Source of the DNA: Lama guanicoe
Taxonomy: Eukaryota
Reading direction: 5' to 3'
Length of the DNA stretch: 64,000 nt
NCBI GenBank assembly: GCA_013239625.1
Contig: MU053561.1
Location: 498,826-562,825 of the forward strand
Position 1 is the stretch's first letter; each line of letters begins with the position of its first letter. Position numbers and translations under genes: made by a program. Below, piece after piece: positions 41,591-56,391 of this stretch. The notes under the pieces were generated by a model. It saw only the letters and a program-made list of their open reading frames with translations. It made no database searches and had not been told where the DNA came from.

Positions 41591-42583
41591 TTTTCAGCTG
41601 GTGGTAGCTGTTGTCACTGGTTTTTCCCCTCCCCACCCTAGTCCCCTACCCAAACCCCCTGCCCCAGCACTTACTGTCAGCTCTCAGCAGTCTTCATGGG
41701 CACTCCGCACAGGTGTTGCATCCAGACTCTCACCATGAAAGGCGGCTCATCTGGGCAACCCCTACCCTACCCTCCAGTGCCCCTTCCACCCCTTCCGCTC
41801 ACTGGGCAGCTTGGAAATGTTACTGACACCTCCTCTCTTTTGGTTATTCTCCCCAGGACTCATTGGCTCCCCCTGGACTTTGGCCACTTAGGCCTGAGTG
41901 CTGACCACAGAGTACTAAGTGCCATGAGGAGCCCGAAGAGAGCCAGTGGGGGGAGACGGGAGAGGGGCTGTAGTGGGAAATGGCAATACAAGAAGGACTG
42001 GGTGCGCCCCTGCCTTCAAGGAGCTGACGATGCAGTTGAGAAAGATGACCAGGACTACAAACCCGATGCACGCGGTGCCCTGAGCAGGGGACAGTGATCC
42101 AGGGGCTCCGAGGGCCAGGGTCTTGCCAGGGCCACCTAGCTGGTAACCAGCAAACCCCCTCTGCCTAACAAAGCTCACGCTCTTTCCCCTGGATCCCTGA
42201 TGCTGGCAGCAGGATTTTTAAGACAGGCCAAAAGGATTCAAGTGGAAATGCACTCATCATTACTCCACCTGGGCAGGACGGGGGCAGCAGGTGAGCACAG
42301 GTTGTGTCTCTGCTCCTGCAGAGACCTAGGGAGAGCAGCCCCTGGGACCAGGGGAAAGGCTTCTAACCACTATCCTCAGCTTCCTTCCCCTCCCTGGGAA
42401 GACAGGGAGGGAAAGGAAAGCCAAGGGACACTGAGATTCATCTCCCCAGAGACTTCTATCAGTACGTTAAACCCCTCTCTCCCGCCCCAAATCCTCCACC
42501 TCGGAACTGATGTGCTGCTCTGACTTCCCCTGAATTAGCAACAGGGCAGCCATCTAGGAGCCTGAGGCCAGGGATAGGTTCTA

Positions 42584-43096
<513 letters not shown>

Positions 43097-43309
43097 TCAC
43101 TGGTCTCACCCACTCCTTGCTCTGGGGCAGGAGTCCTGGTTCCGGATTTGGACCAGACTCAGTTTAGAAACACCCCAAAAGTCCTTGAGATATTCAAGGA
43201 CTTCAAATGGACCCAGGAACCAGACAGGCCTGCAGCGGCCCTACGATGTATCCACGGCATCACTGGTCGTAAAGGTTGACCCAGCTCACCCAGATCCCAT
43301 GCATTTCTA

Positions 43310-43675
<366 letters not shown>

Positions 43676-44659
43676 TTATTAGTCCTGGTGTTATTAATCA
43701 CGGAGACCGTTTATGGAGCGTTTCCCACAGACCAAGCACTCTCTTAAGCCTTTCCCAGTTTATCTCTCATCACAACACAAGGGGGTTGGCACTATTCTTT
43801 CTACTTTAGAGCTGAAGGAAGTGGGGCTTACACATCAGAGGGACAGGGCCAGAGTTCAGAGGGAGGTTCGCCCGCCTCCAAGCTCTGAACCTCAAATGGG
43901 TGCACAAGCAGCTGGTGTGCGGTTGGACCAGTGGCGCTTAGAAGCCCTTGGCAAGTAGGGACCCCACGTGAAGGAGGACAATTCTAGGGGGAGCAGTGCG
44001 GGAGCCACAAGGCAGAAGCAAAAGGAAGGGAGAAACTGGCTGCAGCCAGAGGCTCCACAGGCCAGGAAACAGGCAGGTGCATGGGCCACCTCAACAGAGT
44101 GAGGGAGAAGTCGGGGAGGAGAGCATGGTGGTGCCGGGCGGGGTTACCAATGAGACAAGTACTCGCCACTGAGGAAGGGGGTGGAAGACCAGCAGGGAGA
44201 GTGTGGTCCCCTCTCTTGCAGTTTCTTTTAACAAGCCTTGAAGTGCATCTTGTCTTAGAAGACATGACGTGATGACTAATCACACAAAGGTATACATGAC
44301 TAACGACAGATCCTTTCAAGGAGAGATCCTTTCAACGAGGCAGGTCTGACTGGGGTGGGGAAGGACATCAAAAGTAGGAAAGTGAGAGACATCAAGGCAC
44401 CCTGGATGGGGAGGACCCAGAAAGAAGCTTGGTCTGGGATGGCCGGGGAGGAGCTGAGCCCCCAGAGCACTGGGACCTCCATGAGGCTGCAGAGAAGGGA
44501 GGAAGTTTGACTCCTGGGAGACGGGGACGGGCAGGAAGCTCGGCGGTGTAAACTTCACCACCTTGGGAAACCCACCAAAGGTCATTGCAGGTTGATGGGA
44601 AGAGGAAACGCTGAAGAAGACAGAGCTCAGGAGAAGGAAGAAGGGACAGACTCATAGCT

Positions 44660-44870
44660 GATAATGGCAAACACGTCTTTAGCATTTACTGTGTGTCTCA
44701 TACCTGATGGGTTAGGTACTGTTATTTCTCCATTTTACAGATGAGGAAACTCAGGCAGAGGTTAAACGGTTTAGCCCAGCTCACAAACGTAGTAGCAAGT
44801 GGTAGAGCTGGGACACAAGCTCGAATTCTGGCTCCAGAGCCTGCCCTCCCAGTGCATACCCTCTAACCAG
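44660..44870 (-). mobile_element. MIR SINE
   Basis: CCATTTTACAGATGAGGAAACTCAGGCAGAGGTTAA core. Confidence 0.8.
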
Positions 44871-47219
44871 GGGTGGGAGGGGAGGCCCACAGCCCCACCT
44901 GAGAAAACAGGGGTGGAAACACATGGAAACATGGCTCCTACATCAGCAGCAGTCCTGTGCCAGCCACACCTCTCTCAGCAAGGGCAATGCTTTAGGGGTT
45001 GCCAAGGCAGCACAAGCAGCTGGGAAGAACGTGCAACCAGGTGTGAAGCGTCTGCCTCTTGCAACGGCGAAGACCTATCTCTTTCTGGCTGGCCCACCCA
45101 GGAGGCCTTGCCAGGGCTCTCTCTATGGGCTCCATCTGTGTCAGGAACACTGATTCAGGGGAAGAGGTGTTAAGAGCCATGAGAATCTCAAAGGCATCGG
45201 GGTCCTCAAGAAGGCAGGATAGCCGACTGAGCCAGGCAGGTCTGCAGGACCCAAGGTATGGGTTCTGACCCAGGAGACCTGGGCCTGAGTCCTGCCCCAG
45301 TCACTGTCAACTGTGTGTCAAGGCGCAAGTCAGCGCCCTCCAGGCCGGGGTCCTCAAGCCTAAGGAAAGTAGCACTCTTCAGCACAAAGTCATTCTCTGC
45401 TCTGATTTCCAACAATTCAATATTCTGTGGAAAGAAAGCTCCCTCAGCCCTGAGAAAATGTTCAGAGTTGGCCCAGGATTAAACAAAAACCAGAAAGAAC
45501 GCAAAGCGTTAACACTTCAACAGCGCTCATCTCTACGGGGGGAGATTAATTTCTTTCCCCTTTATGCTTTCCTATGCTCTTTGGACTTCTCACCATGGAT
45601 CATGAATTTCTTTTGAAATTAGGTAAACGTAAGTTATTTGAGAAAATAATGGTAGCGACGAGAGCTGTATCATGTTGGCACTCCTAGAAAAGGAAACGGT
45701 TATGAACGAGGTGTCACTCTTGGAGCACATGTTTTCATCATGGGACTTGCAGGGTGAAAACAGCCAAGTGGACACATTGTTTAACTTCAAGTTAAAAAAA
45801 AAAAAAGCTATTTAAAAAAAAATAGCCAAGTGTGCTGCACCCCAACCATTGGCGGAGGTTTGGGGGAAAGGGGCTGCCTCCCCCAGGCCCTCCAGGATCC
45901 TGAGCTCACACCCAGGACAGGCCCATGTGGCCGTCCCCCCAAATGTAGCTTACTCATATTTCACGGGGGGAGTGAGATGTCCGGGGAGCAGAGGATCCTT
46001 GCCCTTGTTCTCACAAGTCCTCTTTGTCTGCTGGCGCTGAGTCTGGCTGGAATAAAGGCCCCATTCATGTCTAATCCAGATGTACTTCTTTTCCCATGCG
46101 CAGGCAGAGGATGGGGACACCCAGAGAGGTCACACAGCCAAGCCTGGTGGAGCGAGTTCACATAACTCTATTGCCTCTGGGCTCTCGGAAGCCAAGAAGC
46201 AGCATGGGGCTGCCGGGAGGAAGGGTCCTGCAGGCTGAGTCTGGCCCAGTGGCCCCGCTGCAGGTGTCCGAGGCTAAAGGGAAGTGGACGGGAGAGGCGG
46301 GGACAAGCATCTCCCAGCTGTCATAGATGACAGTACCTTGTTCATCTCCAGACAGTTGCAGGGGAAGAATTAGACTGAGAAAACCCCTGCTTTCACTTTC
46401 CACTCGAGATACCCAGGGCGGGCGGGAGCTGAGTGCAGCTAATTGGGACTCCTTCACCAGGAAACTGTGTTGGAGGCCAGGGGGTAGAAAGGGTGACATC
46501 AGGCCCAGGAGGTCAATGCCTGAGTAGGGTCCCGACGTGTCCTGCAAAGGTCAGATGTCCTCACGTACAGAAGCTGGGGCACTTCTGGGTGCACACCATC
46601 CATTCCTAGAGAGGAGCCTTGGGGAGACACACAAAGGGAATCCACATCCCAGTCCCAGCCCCGGGCAGAGTCCTGGTGCTGGGGCAACAGAGGAACCCCC
46701 GCTCGTCAAGCAGTGCTCCGGGGCGACCTCCGAGCTTCTGTCACAGAAGGCAGCCTTGGGAGGCTGACCGTGCCGGCCCCCCCGGCCCTCTGGCTGACAG
46801 AGGAGGGAGAAGGGCAAGGAGGCCTTCAAAGTAAAGAGGCTCCAAGAAAGAAGCCAGCGGTCACGCCCTCTCTCTGCCTCAGAGCCCAGCTTTTCGGCTT
46901 AGCCTTGGGACTCCCTCCGGACACAAGATCTTAAACAGAAACCCAACATAAAACCAGATCAAGTCACAGCTGCAGAGGTGAAGGCCCAGAGTCCCACCAC
47001 CTGCTGCCCCGCCGGGCGGGCACCCTGTGTCCCTAAGGCACCTACCTGTATCTAAAACCTGAGGTTCTAGAAAGAATTCGAACATCACTGCTCTAGGGCA
47101 GGAGGGATTCCAGGTACCAGGCTGAGATGGGAGCTGCCTGTCCTGAGAATGGCTGAGCAGTGACTCGGCACGGAGACTGGTTAACTAGTGGGGATCAGGA
47201 CAAAGACAGAGGTGGCGGC

Positions 47220-47430
47220 AGCGTGCAGTGTGCGGGGCAAAGAGCCCCCGACTGGAAGTCAGGAGGCCCAGTCTGCGTTGGACTCCACCACTTACTACTC
47301 CTATTACCGTGAGCTTCGTATAACCTTCCTGGGCCTCAGTTTGTTATCTGTAAAGCTGGGATGATAACACTGAGCCCCGAGGGCCATTGTGTCACAGTAT
47401 CTAGCACGGCAGACCTCAGGAAACATTAAG
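47220..47430 (+). mobile_element. MIR SINE
   Basis: GGGCCTCAGTTTGTTATCTGTAAA core preceded by a tRNA-like head. Confidence 0.65.
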
Positions 47431-49020
47431 AGGACCTGAAAAAAATTGGTGACAACTGGTGCCCTGGGTTCAGCATCCATGCCTCTGGGCTAATGTTAGA
47501 TTCAGGACAACACTGGCCGCAGAGAAGCTGCTGAGAGAAGCTGCTGAGCTCCTCACAGAAAACCTTGATAAGAAAGTGCAAGGCTCAGCTCCTGGCTGGC
47601 TGGGGCCTGTTCACACATTCTAGGGGATGTGCCAGCTTGAAGGAGCCGAGTTTCCAGAATTATACCATATTTTTCAGCAACATCATTGAGAAAAGGCTTC
47701 AGGAAGAAAGAACAGTATAGAGCGTAAGACCTGAACGATTCAGAACCCCAGCAGGCTGCGGGCTGCCAGAATCACCCTGAAGCCCACGTTGGCATCTGAG
47801 GCTCAGGGCGACTCAGCAGCGGCTCCAGGGTGGCACGCCAGGGCTCGTCCTAGGCCTGTGCTGCCGGGAGGGGCAGCCGAGGTGGGCTCCCCCTGCATCC
47901 ATCCCCCCACACACACGTTAAGTGGTACTGGGAAGCCACCTGGCTGAACTCCCTCTCCCCTGAGTGACCAGGCAGTCACAAAGAAAGGAAGGGAAAGGGC
48001 AGTCTGTCCCCAACACAGGAGCACAAGGTCTCTCCTTGCAACCCCTGTGATACGCAGGAGTCAGCCCTTAAATCCTGATACCCTGGACAGGGTCAGGTAG
48101 AGGTCACCCATCGACAGCCTAAATAGTGGCTAACAGCCTGGGTTAGGAAAGGACCCCAGGTGCCAGGACAGAGGGGGTGATAAAGATAACCTTCCTGCGC
48201 TTCGTAGTCCTGTCCAAGCCAGCCCGACCAGAACTACTCAGTGTCCCCAGTGCCTGCTGGTCCCCTCGGTGTCTTTAGGTTTTTATCCCAAGTTACTGTA
48301 CCAAACACAGTCCTTAATAATTTGACACCATTTCCTATGACCACACTGTGAACTCACTGCCAGGACCATTTCACAGACTAAAGAGACTGGTAGCCTAATG
48401 GGATGATGGATGCTCAGGTGTCAGGGCTCTAAAGGGCACCTGCTTCTACCTCTCGGCCGATGCTCCATCCCCTCATCACATCCTGGCCAAGTAGTTACCT
48501 AGTCTCGTGTGTGTATCTGCAGTGACGGGGGCCTCACTCCCTCCTAGGACCACTCATTCCATTTGGCGCCAGCTCTGTCTGTAGCTCTGTCCTCTGTGCT
48601 ATGCCCAGAGACACAGGTGTGCATTCACAAGCAGGCTCTAGTCATCTCTGAGCGGTGTCAGTCACTTCCGCTGCTGATGCTCAAGTCCTACACCCCTCTG
48701 TGCCTCTCGGAAGCAGCTTCAGGCAGCAACTGAGTAGCTGAGTGGTGCCAGAGGAACAGACAAGCTTCCCAGTCACTTCCATCATCCAGGAAATGAGGTG
48801 GGGTTTTTCGTCTGGGTTAAGTCACTGCCAAAGTCTCAAGTCCTTGACAATGAGTGTTTCCGAATAGGAGAGTCCAGGGTGCTGTGGCTCCACATGGAAG
48901 GGAATAGTGGAATGGCTGCTGGGCCTGGCAACCATCCCACAGTCCCTGTATCATCAAGGAAACGCTCATCTATTTGGCTACATGTTCCCTGAGTTTTACT
49001 TCACTCCTGACCCCTGCTTT

Positions 49021-49181
49021 TATTATTGTTTTTAAATTTTATTTTGCTTTTTTTCAAGTTTTTTTGAGGTGGCAGAGACATTAGGTTCATTTACTTATTT
49101 TTAATGGAGGTACTAGGGATTGAACCCAGGACCCCATGCATGCTAAGCATGCACCCTACCACTGAGCTATACCCACCCCAA
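49021..49181 (-). mobile_element. Vic-1-like SINE (PHGDH intron 5)
   Basis: TSD CTGACCCCT(G/C)CTTT at 49007-49020 and 49182-49195. Confidence 0.9.
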
Positions 49182-50448
49182 CTGACCCCTCCTTTTAGAC
49201 AATCCAAATTTTCCACAAGCTGAACCTTTGACCTTGATCCCTCACAGAAGAGGAAGGAGGGGAAAGGGCTCCCTGTGGCTCCTGGCACCTCACCACCCAG
49301 CACAGAGGACATGGCTTTGGCTCATTTCCATGATCAATGGATCCTGCAGGGCCACATCCACCTCTCAAGGAGCCAGAAAAAGTAGTGCCCGCCCTTCCCA
49401 GGGCTGAGGCTTAGGAAGGACGTCCGGCTGACTTAAATATATACGGTGGGAAGTAGACGCAGGAGGGAGAAGATGTTCAGTGTGGCACAGTGGGATGCCC
49501 GCCGGGCTCTGGTCCACCATCCATCTGCCGTGAGCCTTCAGCAAAAACTTGCAAACCCCAGAGGCTGATATAAAGTTAAATGTTAATCTCTAAGGTCCCT
49601 TCTAACACACTGAAGGTGGGAGGGTCTTGCAGAAAGGAGGGAATAGGGGGAAAAGGGAAAATGCCATCGCAGCTCTATGTAAATTCTTCTAGACCAGCAA
49701 TGATCTGATTTTCAAAACTATTTTCTTTAATGTTTAACTAATGCTTTCCTGGCTGCAGTTTGAACCCACAATCCCTGCCTGAACAGCCACAGAAAACCTG
49801 GAGAGGTCCGCCAGCACTCCCAGCTGCCTCATATCTCATACTTGGGCATCCCTGTGGGTTTCTTCTCTTGGTTGAATGGCCTCCCCCCTCGCTGGGCAAG
49901 GTCTCCTGGATTGTGCTCCCCCTCCAGAGGTGGGGGGCACTGCTATTGATGACAAGCCTCCCTCAACCAGAAGGGCTACTGAGCTCCCAGAATAGGAAAA
50001 GGGGGCACCCTGGTGGGAGGCAGGGTCAGGGATGATTTCTGAGAAGCCCGTGAGGTCTTCCAGGACCATCGGCTCTACGATCATCTCACAGTGCGTAGGC
50101 AAGCCCCTTTCAATGTTCTCTGGGCTATGAGGGGAGCTAGAAGATGGATGGCCAATTGCTCTGTTACAAGGCAGTAAATTTGCTCCTGTTTTCTGAATTA
50201 TCACAGGAGACAAAAACAGCAAAACAAGGAGGCCCTCACAGCAGGGGAGGAGAGGACAGGCCAGATACTAGACACCCCCTCTCTGCTCCACAAGGACTCA
50301 GGGCAGCTACTCACCCCAGAGCGGAAGGACCTCCAACTATTCCCAGATTTTGAGTTCAGGTGTCCAGATCTGCAGGCCAATGTTCCCTCCCTCCCTTGAT
50401 TTACCACCTATTTAGTCGGGGGCTCTGAAGGGGAGTCAGCCCCTCTTA

Positions 50449-50688
<240 letters not shown>

Positions 50689-50731
50689 TCAGGCACCAGC
50701 CAGGCGGGGCGAGGCAAGGCCGGCTGCTCAC

Positions 50732-50786
50732 CTTCTTCCGCTCCCACTTGCCATCCTTCATGGAAGCCATTGCCTGGGGAATCTGC
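50732..50786 (-). CDS. PHGDH: PHGDH exon 4
   Basis: QIPQAMASMKDGKWERKK. Acceptor cag, donor GTGAGC. 55 nt. Confidence 0.96.
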
Positions 50787-51343
50787 CTGCAAGGACAGAC
50801 ACATTCAGCAGCCCTGCCCCAGACCCCACCAGCCCAGGAAGGAGGCGCAACATGAGGGCTGCACAGCGACCACCTCCGAGGGTCATTCCGCCAGGGAACC
50901 AAGCTCAGGCTGAGTCTGGGGGCCCAGGTTCAGAAACACCCAGGATGGTCAAGGAAGTGGAGCAGAGGGAAACCCTTGGCAAGACCCAACTTGGAGCCCT
51001 GGGATTTCTGTCTCCAGCAAGGAGTCTGGGAGGAGGTTCTGATTCCATTTCAGCTGCTGGAGTATCAGCCCGAGTGACTCTGGGTGTGTAAAAGGCGACA
51101 GGTGGTCCTCCATGGGTTGCAGGGATAATGGGATGGGGTGCTGGCGGCCTCTGATGGCATAAAGTGCTCCAGAAGGTCAGAGATTTTCATTTTCCTAACC
51201 CATGCAGAGCCACAGCCTATGACATCTTCCCCTGTGTCAGGGACAGCCGATTACTTATCCTCCCAGGAGAGTTAGGCTGGACTAGGATGGGAGAGTGCTG
51301 CAGTCTACACTTCTAACATCTACACCACCTCCTGTCCCACCAC

Positions 51344-51346
<3 letters not shown>

Positions 51347-51381
<35 letters not shown>
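51347..51381. repeat. (CA)n microsatellite
   Basis: Read directly. Confidence 0.95.
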
Positions 51382-51382
<1 letters not shown>

Positions 51383-51734
51383 CCTATCTCCTCCTATTGG
51401 TCAACCTGGAGGTCTGAGTCTCCATGTGTTTTCCAGAAGGGACAAAGGAAGTTAGGGCAATGTTAGAGGTGGGAGGGCATGACATGTCACATGGGACATG
51501 GTCCTCTAAGCTTCTCTGGAAGGGAAAAAGGAAGAGACGAGAAAGAATGTTTACATGCTACCTCGTTTAATGCTCAGAACAACTGCATGGGGGGAGGCAC
51601 TGGGAGTTAAACACTCACCCAGCATCACTCAACTAGAAGTAGCTGAGTCAATTCAAAGCCAAGGAAGACACCCCCACCAGTTAGCCTCCTGAGTATTCAA
51701 ACGTAGGCTTTCCTGCTGGCCACAAAATTCAGTG

Positions 51735-51743
51735 GTGTGTGCA

Positions 51744-51773
<30 letters not shown>
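51735..51773. repeat. (TG)n(AG)n compound microsatellite
   Basis: Read directly. Confidence 0.9.
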
Positions 51774-51774
<1 letters not shown>

Positions 51775-53756
51775 AAAGAGAGATTCTAAGAAAACTGTTT
51801 CTGCATTCCTGCTCTACTGACATAAAAACCATTCTTTCCTGTTTACACATCACCAGGACACAGACTTCCATCCGAGGCGAAGGTTGACGGGGAACCTGTT
51901 CAACGGTCAGAGCCCCGTGAGCGCATGGGTAAGCGTAAGTAACAAAGCTGAAGTAGCAAGTTCATGGGGAGGAAGTTCCATCTCACTGCCCCAGCCCATC
52001 TAGCCTCCGCAGAGGGGCCTCACGTCAGGAATGTAATTAAGGACGATGACTTGCCTTGAGGAAGTGCTCCCTCAGCAAAGCCGGATGAAAAAACGCCTCT
52101 TACCGAGTGAGACAGAGCTCGCCTGCCCCCTCTCCATGCCTCCGCCTCCTCACCTCTGCCCGCAGGACCGCGTGGTGCTAAGAGCTGTGCTTAGACCACG
52201 GAGCACAGCCAGGCCCACACCCGCCCTCTTGCTGCCCCATCCAGCTGGCCGTGGAGCCTCCCCAAAGGCTTCAACACTTTGGGGTCCTCACCAGGTCAGT
52301 CTCGGGAGGATCATGACATGGGCAGGGGGACCTCCCGAGAATTAAACGGTGGCCGGCCTGACTTGTAAGAGAAAGTAAAGCCGGCAAAACGGTCAACTCT
52401 CCACTCGCTGCATTCTCCTCTCTCTCCATGTCAGGCGCTTCTCCTGCACCTCAGGGACCCGTGCACCTGCTCAAAGTCCCCCTCCGAGAGGCCCGCGCAG
52501 GCTGCTCTCCGCCCACATTGCCCGATGCTCTTAATTTTACTGTCCGACCTCCTGTTCCCTCCTACTGCTGCCCTGCTAGGTAAGCAGTCTGATGAAACCA
52601 GCACACAGTAGGTGATGAGACTGGTCATTTCTTCCTATAGGGTGATTATTTCTTAATTTTCATGAAACATTTTGAGGTCATGGATGGATGGCTGAGGACA
52701 GGGCGCTTCCCTTGAATCCCACCATTTCACCTACTCCTTTAAATAAAGCTGCTCCTGGAATAGGAGGAAAATCACTCCTGACTCTGGAGGGAAACTTCAC
52801 CTCCAGAAAAAAAGTTAGAGAATCAGAAAGCTGCTCTGAGATCACTCCCTCCCTTCCTCCCTCAAAAAAAAAAAAAAAAAAAAAGAGAAACACCACCAAA
52901 GTTAATGGCACAAGTGACAACAGGGCATCAGACCTCAAGTCCTCTCCAGATGTTCTGGAGAGCAGCTTCCCGTCCATCCCATGGACCCACTGCCTGTCAC
53001 TACACCACCCCACGCAGCAAGACTCTTGTACTTTACACACCACCTCCTTTGGTCCCTAGGCTGTCCCCTCTACCCAAGAGGCCCACCCCCACAGTGCCTG
53101 CTGGAAGAGCAAGAGATTTGACCTTTGAGATCCCATGTGTTATGAATCCACAGGGAGGCACGGGGATCCCAGGGCAGCTTTCTGTTCCGTTCTGCTACAT
53201 ACAGATTTGTGAGGACAGTGACAGAGATGAGCCCTGAGGGCCAGGAATAGGGAATCCAGCTGAGGATCCAGAGAGTGTTTCTTGGCTGAGTTAACCCTTG
53301 AGCTTAATCTTGGAGAATAAGATGAGAGTGACCTAGACAGAGACGAAGGGGAAGGATGCTCCCGGCCTCAGAAACAGCATCTGAGAGACTTCGAGGTGAG
53401 AGAAGGCATAGTGTTTGCAGGGGCCTCCTGCTGTGACTGGCATGGAGGATGGAAATGAGGAAGGAGAAAGACAAGACCACACACACATTTACTTTCTCAG
53501 GGAGCCTGCTCCAAGGTCATAAGCAGCAGCCCTGTGACCGCCCTTCCCCATCTTTAAGCTCCGGGAACCTGAGACGCCACCTGACCCTGGTGTGCCAGAA
53601 CCAGCTCAGCAGAGCACGGACGGCCTTGAAGTTTCTTAGCAGCCTGAGTGTTGCCAAGCTGAAGTGTTTCTACGTTTCCGTGGGTCAGTTTGCTTAGGGA
53701 GTCACAATAATTGACATACCACAGAGACTGACTCTGCTGAGAAGGCAGGGACTTAC

Positions 53757-53822
53757 CTGGCCAGGCACATGATCATCCCACAGGTGAGTTCCGCAGCGCT
53801 GAGACTGTTCCCATTGGGGGTG
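53757..53822 (-). CDS. PHGDH: PHGDH exon 3
   Basis: [21 protein letters not shown](R). Acceptor cag, donor GTAAGT. 66 nt. Confidence 0.96.
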
Positions 53823-54593
53823 CTGAAGATCGAAGAAGAAAGGGGACATCAGAGGGCCAGACCCAGGAGTCCCACTCCTGGCCCAGTGGATCGCCTCCAG
53901 TGCACACCATGCTCTCTCCTGCTCCGTGAGCTTACCTGTGCTTATTGCAAACTGCCAAGCCCACGCCACTACCTGAGTCCTGTGACGTAGTCCTGCCCTA
54001 ATCCCAGGGCTGGAAGGAAACTCCCTCTTTGACTTTATATTGTCCTGTGGAAGGACCGCTGTTAGAGAAACACACCTGGCCTCTCTCTACCTACTGACTT
54101 CTCCCGAGACAGAGAAGTATCACTCTCGACTGGGAGAGAGGTGTGTGGCTCAGCCTTTTTCTCTCCTCTTATTTCAGGATCTACCTGCCGACAGAAAGCA
54201 CCAGTCCCTGCTGCTCTGTGCCATCAGTCTGACCAAGGCTGTGCCCATGACAAATGCAGATGTCGGCCCCTTGCCCATAGACCTTCCCCAGTTGCCTGAC
54301 CTGGCTTTTATCCCCACCTGTTTGACCTCTCCTTCTATCTCTCAACCAGCTCTGCACTGAGAAAGCTTCCTCGCATGTAAACCACAGGGCAGTGCTGACT
54401 CTGCCCATTTTACAGAAAGAAGAATAAAGACAAAATCCATGAAGCTTTTTTTTTCTTTTCTCAGTCTTTTGTTTGTTTTTTGGAATAATTAACACCCGTG
54501 TTCACCCTCCTTCTTCTACTGGGTCTTTTCTTCTCTGGAAATGAAGGTTACCAGAAGAAAAAAGGTCAAGAGGTTCTATTTTTTTGAAATTAA

Positions 54594-54692
54594 GTGCGGA
54601 GGGGTAGAGCTCAGTGGTAGAGTGCGTGCTCAGCATGCACGAGGTCCTGGATCCAATCTTCATTAACTCCATTAAAAAAAAAAGAAAAAAAG
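54594..54692 (+). mobile_element. Vic-1-like SINE (PHGDH intron 2)
   Basis: AGCTCAGTGGTAGAGTGCGTGCTCAGCATGCACGAGGTCC head plus poly-A. Confidence 0.85.
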
Positions 54693-55608
54693 AATGTGCT
54701 CTTAGAAAATTAAAAATCGAGATAAAAGGATTCTCAGAGTCTGTCTTTCCATAAGCACACTTGGCTTCCTGTCGCCCACGGAGAATGATCAGGCTGTATG
54801 GGACACGGGAAGAGGGGCAGGGGTGGGGGGCTACTGCCTCTGGGTCCAGGACAAGAGGTGACCAGGGTGGGTTACCGTTTAACATTTCTTCTGTTGGAGA
54901 CTGACCTCAGGCAGACAACCGGGGTCAGTTGACCCCTATTCTATAGGTCTCAAGGACACTGAGGCTTCTGAGGGAAGAGAAAAGGCTTGGGGACAGAGAA
55001 GCGGATCCAGAGATAACCTTGCCACACCGTCCACGTGCCAGATGGGAGCCAGAAATGAGTGTCACCTAGTGCTGGCACGCTGCCGTGACCTTTGCCCTGG
55101 GTTTCTGCAAAAACAGCTCTAAAGGGGACCCTTTCCTCTTGGCCCTGAAGCCTGAAAAACAAACTGCGGTCCTGGCCCCAGAAGGGTGCCGAGAAGTGAG
55201 GATGGAGAAAAAATGCAGAGTCCTTCTCCTAGCAAAGGTTGTGCATTTGCAGAAGGGAGATAACAGCAAAGCAGAGCCAAGGAAACCTGGCTCCAGAGGG
55301 AACCATGGGAGGGCAGGGCGGGCCTGAAGCAGGGACCAGGATAAATTCACTTGCATTCTCCTGATTCCCCAATCGGGCTGCAACGTGCAAGCACCTGCGG
55401 GGCAGCTTTCTGAAGCATTTTGAAGTTGCCTCAGTATCAATACCCAGGGAACCACGCAGCTGTGAGTGCTGACCCCCTGCTTGGCCTCAGCCTGGAGCAG
55501 GAGTCCTCCTGGGAGCCCTTCTAACTCTGACGTGGCTTTGCCTTCCCTACAGGTTTTTCCTTCCTCCTCACGGTCAGTCCCCACCCCCACCCCAAGCTTC
55601 CCGACTTA

Positions 55609-55869
<261 letters not shown>

Positions 55870-56218
55870 TCAAGGAGAGGAGGCTTTGTACATGCACACA
55901 CACCGGAAAGCCTCCACCATCAGTCAGGCCTAGGGTCAAATCCAAGCTCCAGCCCTCACGGGCTATGACTCTGAGCTTCGGCCTCCTCAAGGGTGTGAGG
56001 AGGAAGTGAGGCAGATACAGGTACAACACCTGGCATGGTACGTGGCCCTGCTCAGTGGACATCACGTCCTCCGTCTGACAAGGAGTTAGTGAAGGGGTGG
56101 GTGGGATCGGATTCTACTTTGTAAGCCCCTGTGCCTGGTATGCAGGGGGCACTCAATAAATATTGGTTGGCTGAATGAATGAATGAATGAATGAAGTGAA
56201 TAGAAGACAAATTGTTAA

Positions 56219-56391
56219 GGGGGGAGCGTGTAGCTCAGTGGTAGAGTGCATGCTTAGCATGCATGAGGTCCTGAGTTCAATCCCCAGGACCTCCATTAAA
56301 CTAAAAAGATAAACAAACCAACAAACCTAATTACCTTCCCACTAAACAAATCAAAAAAATGTTTAAGAGTTGACAATATTTTTTTTTGAAA
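56219..56391 (+). mobile_element. Vic-1-like SINE, long form (PHGDH intron 1)
   Basis: Perfect TSD AAGACAAATTGTTAA at 56204-56218 and 56392-56406. Confidence 0.92.

Noticed and set aside
56219..56295. Apparent tRNA-Ala(AGC) gene, and similar heads at 1799, 10822, 13289, 49100 and 54594
   Set aside because: Each has an A-rich tail and stem mismatches, and nearly all have clear TSDs, so they are SINE copies rather than functional tRNAs.
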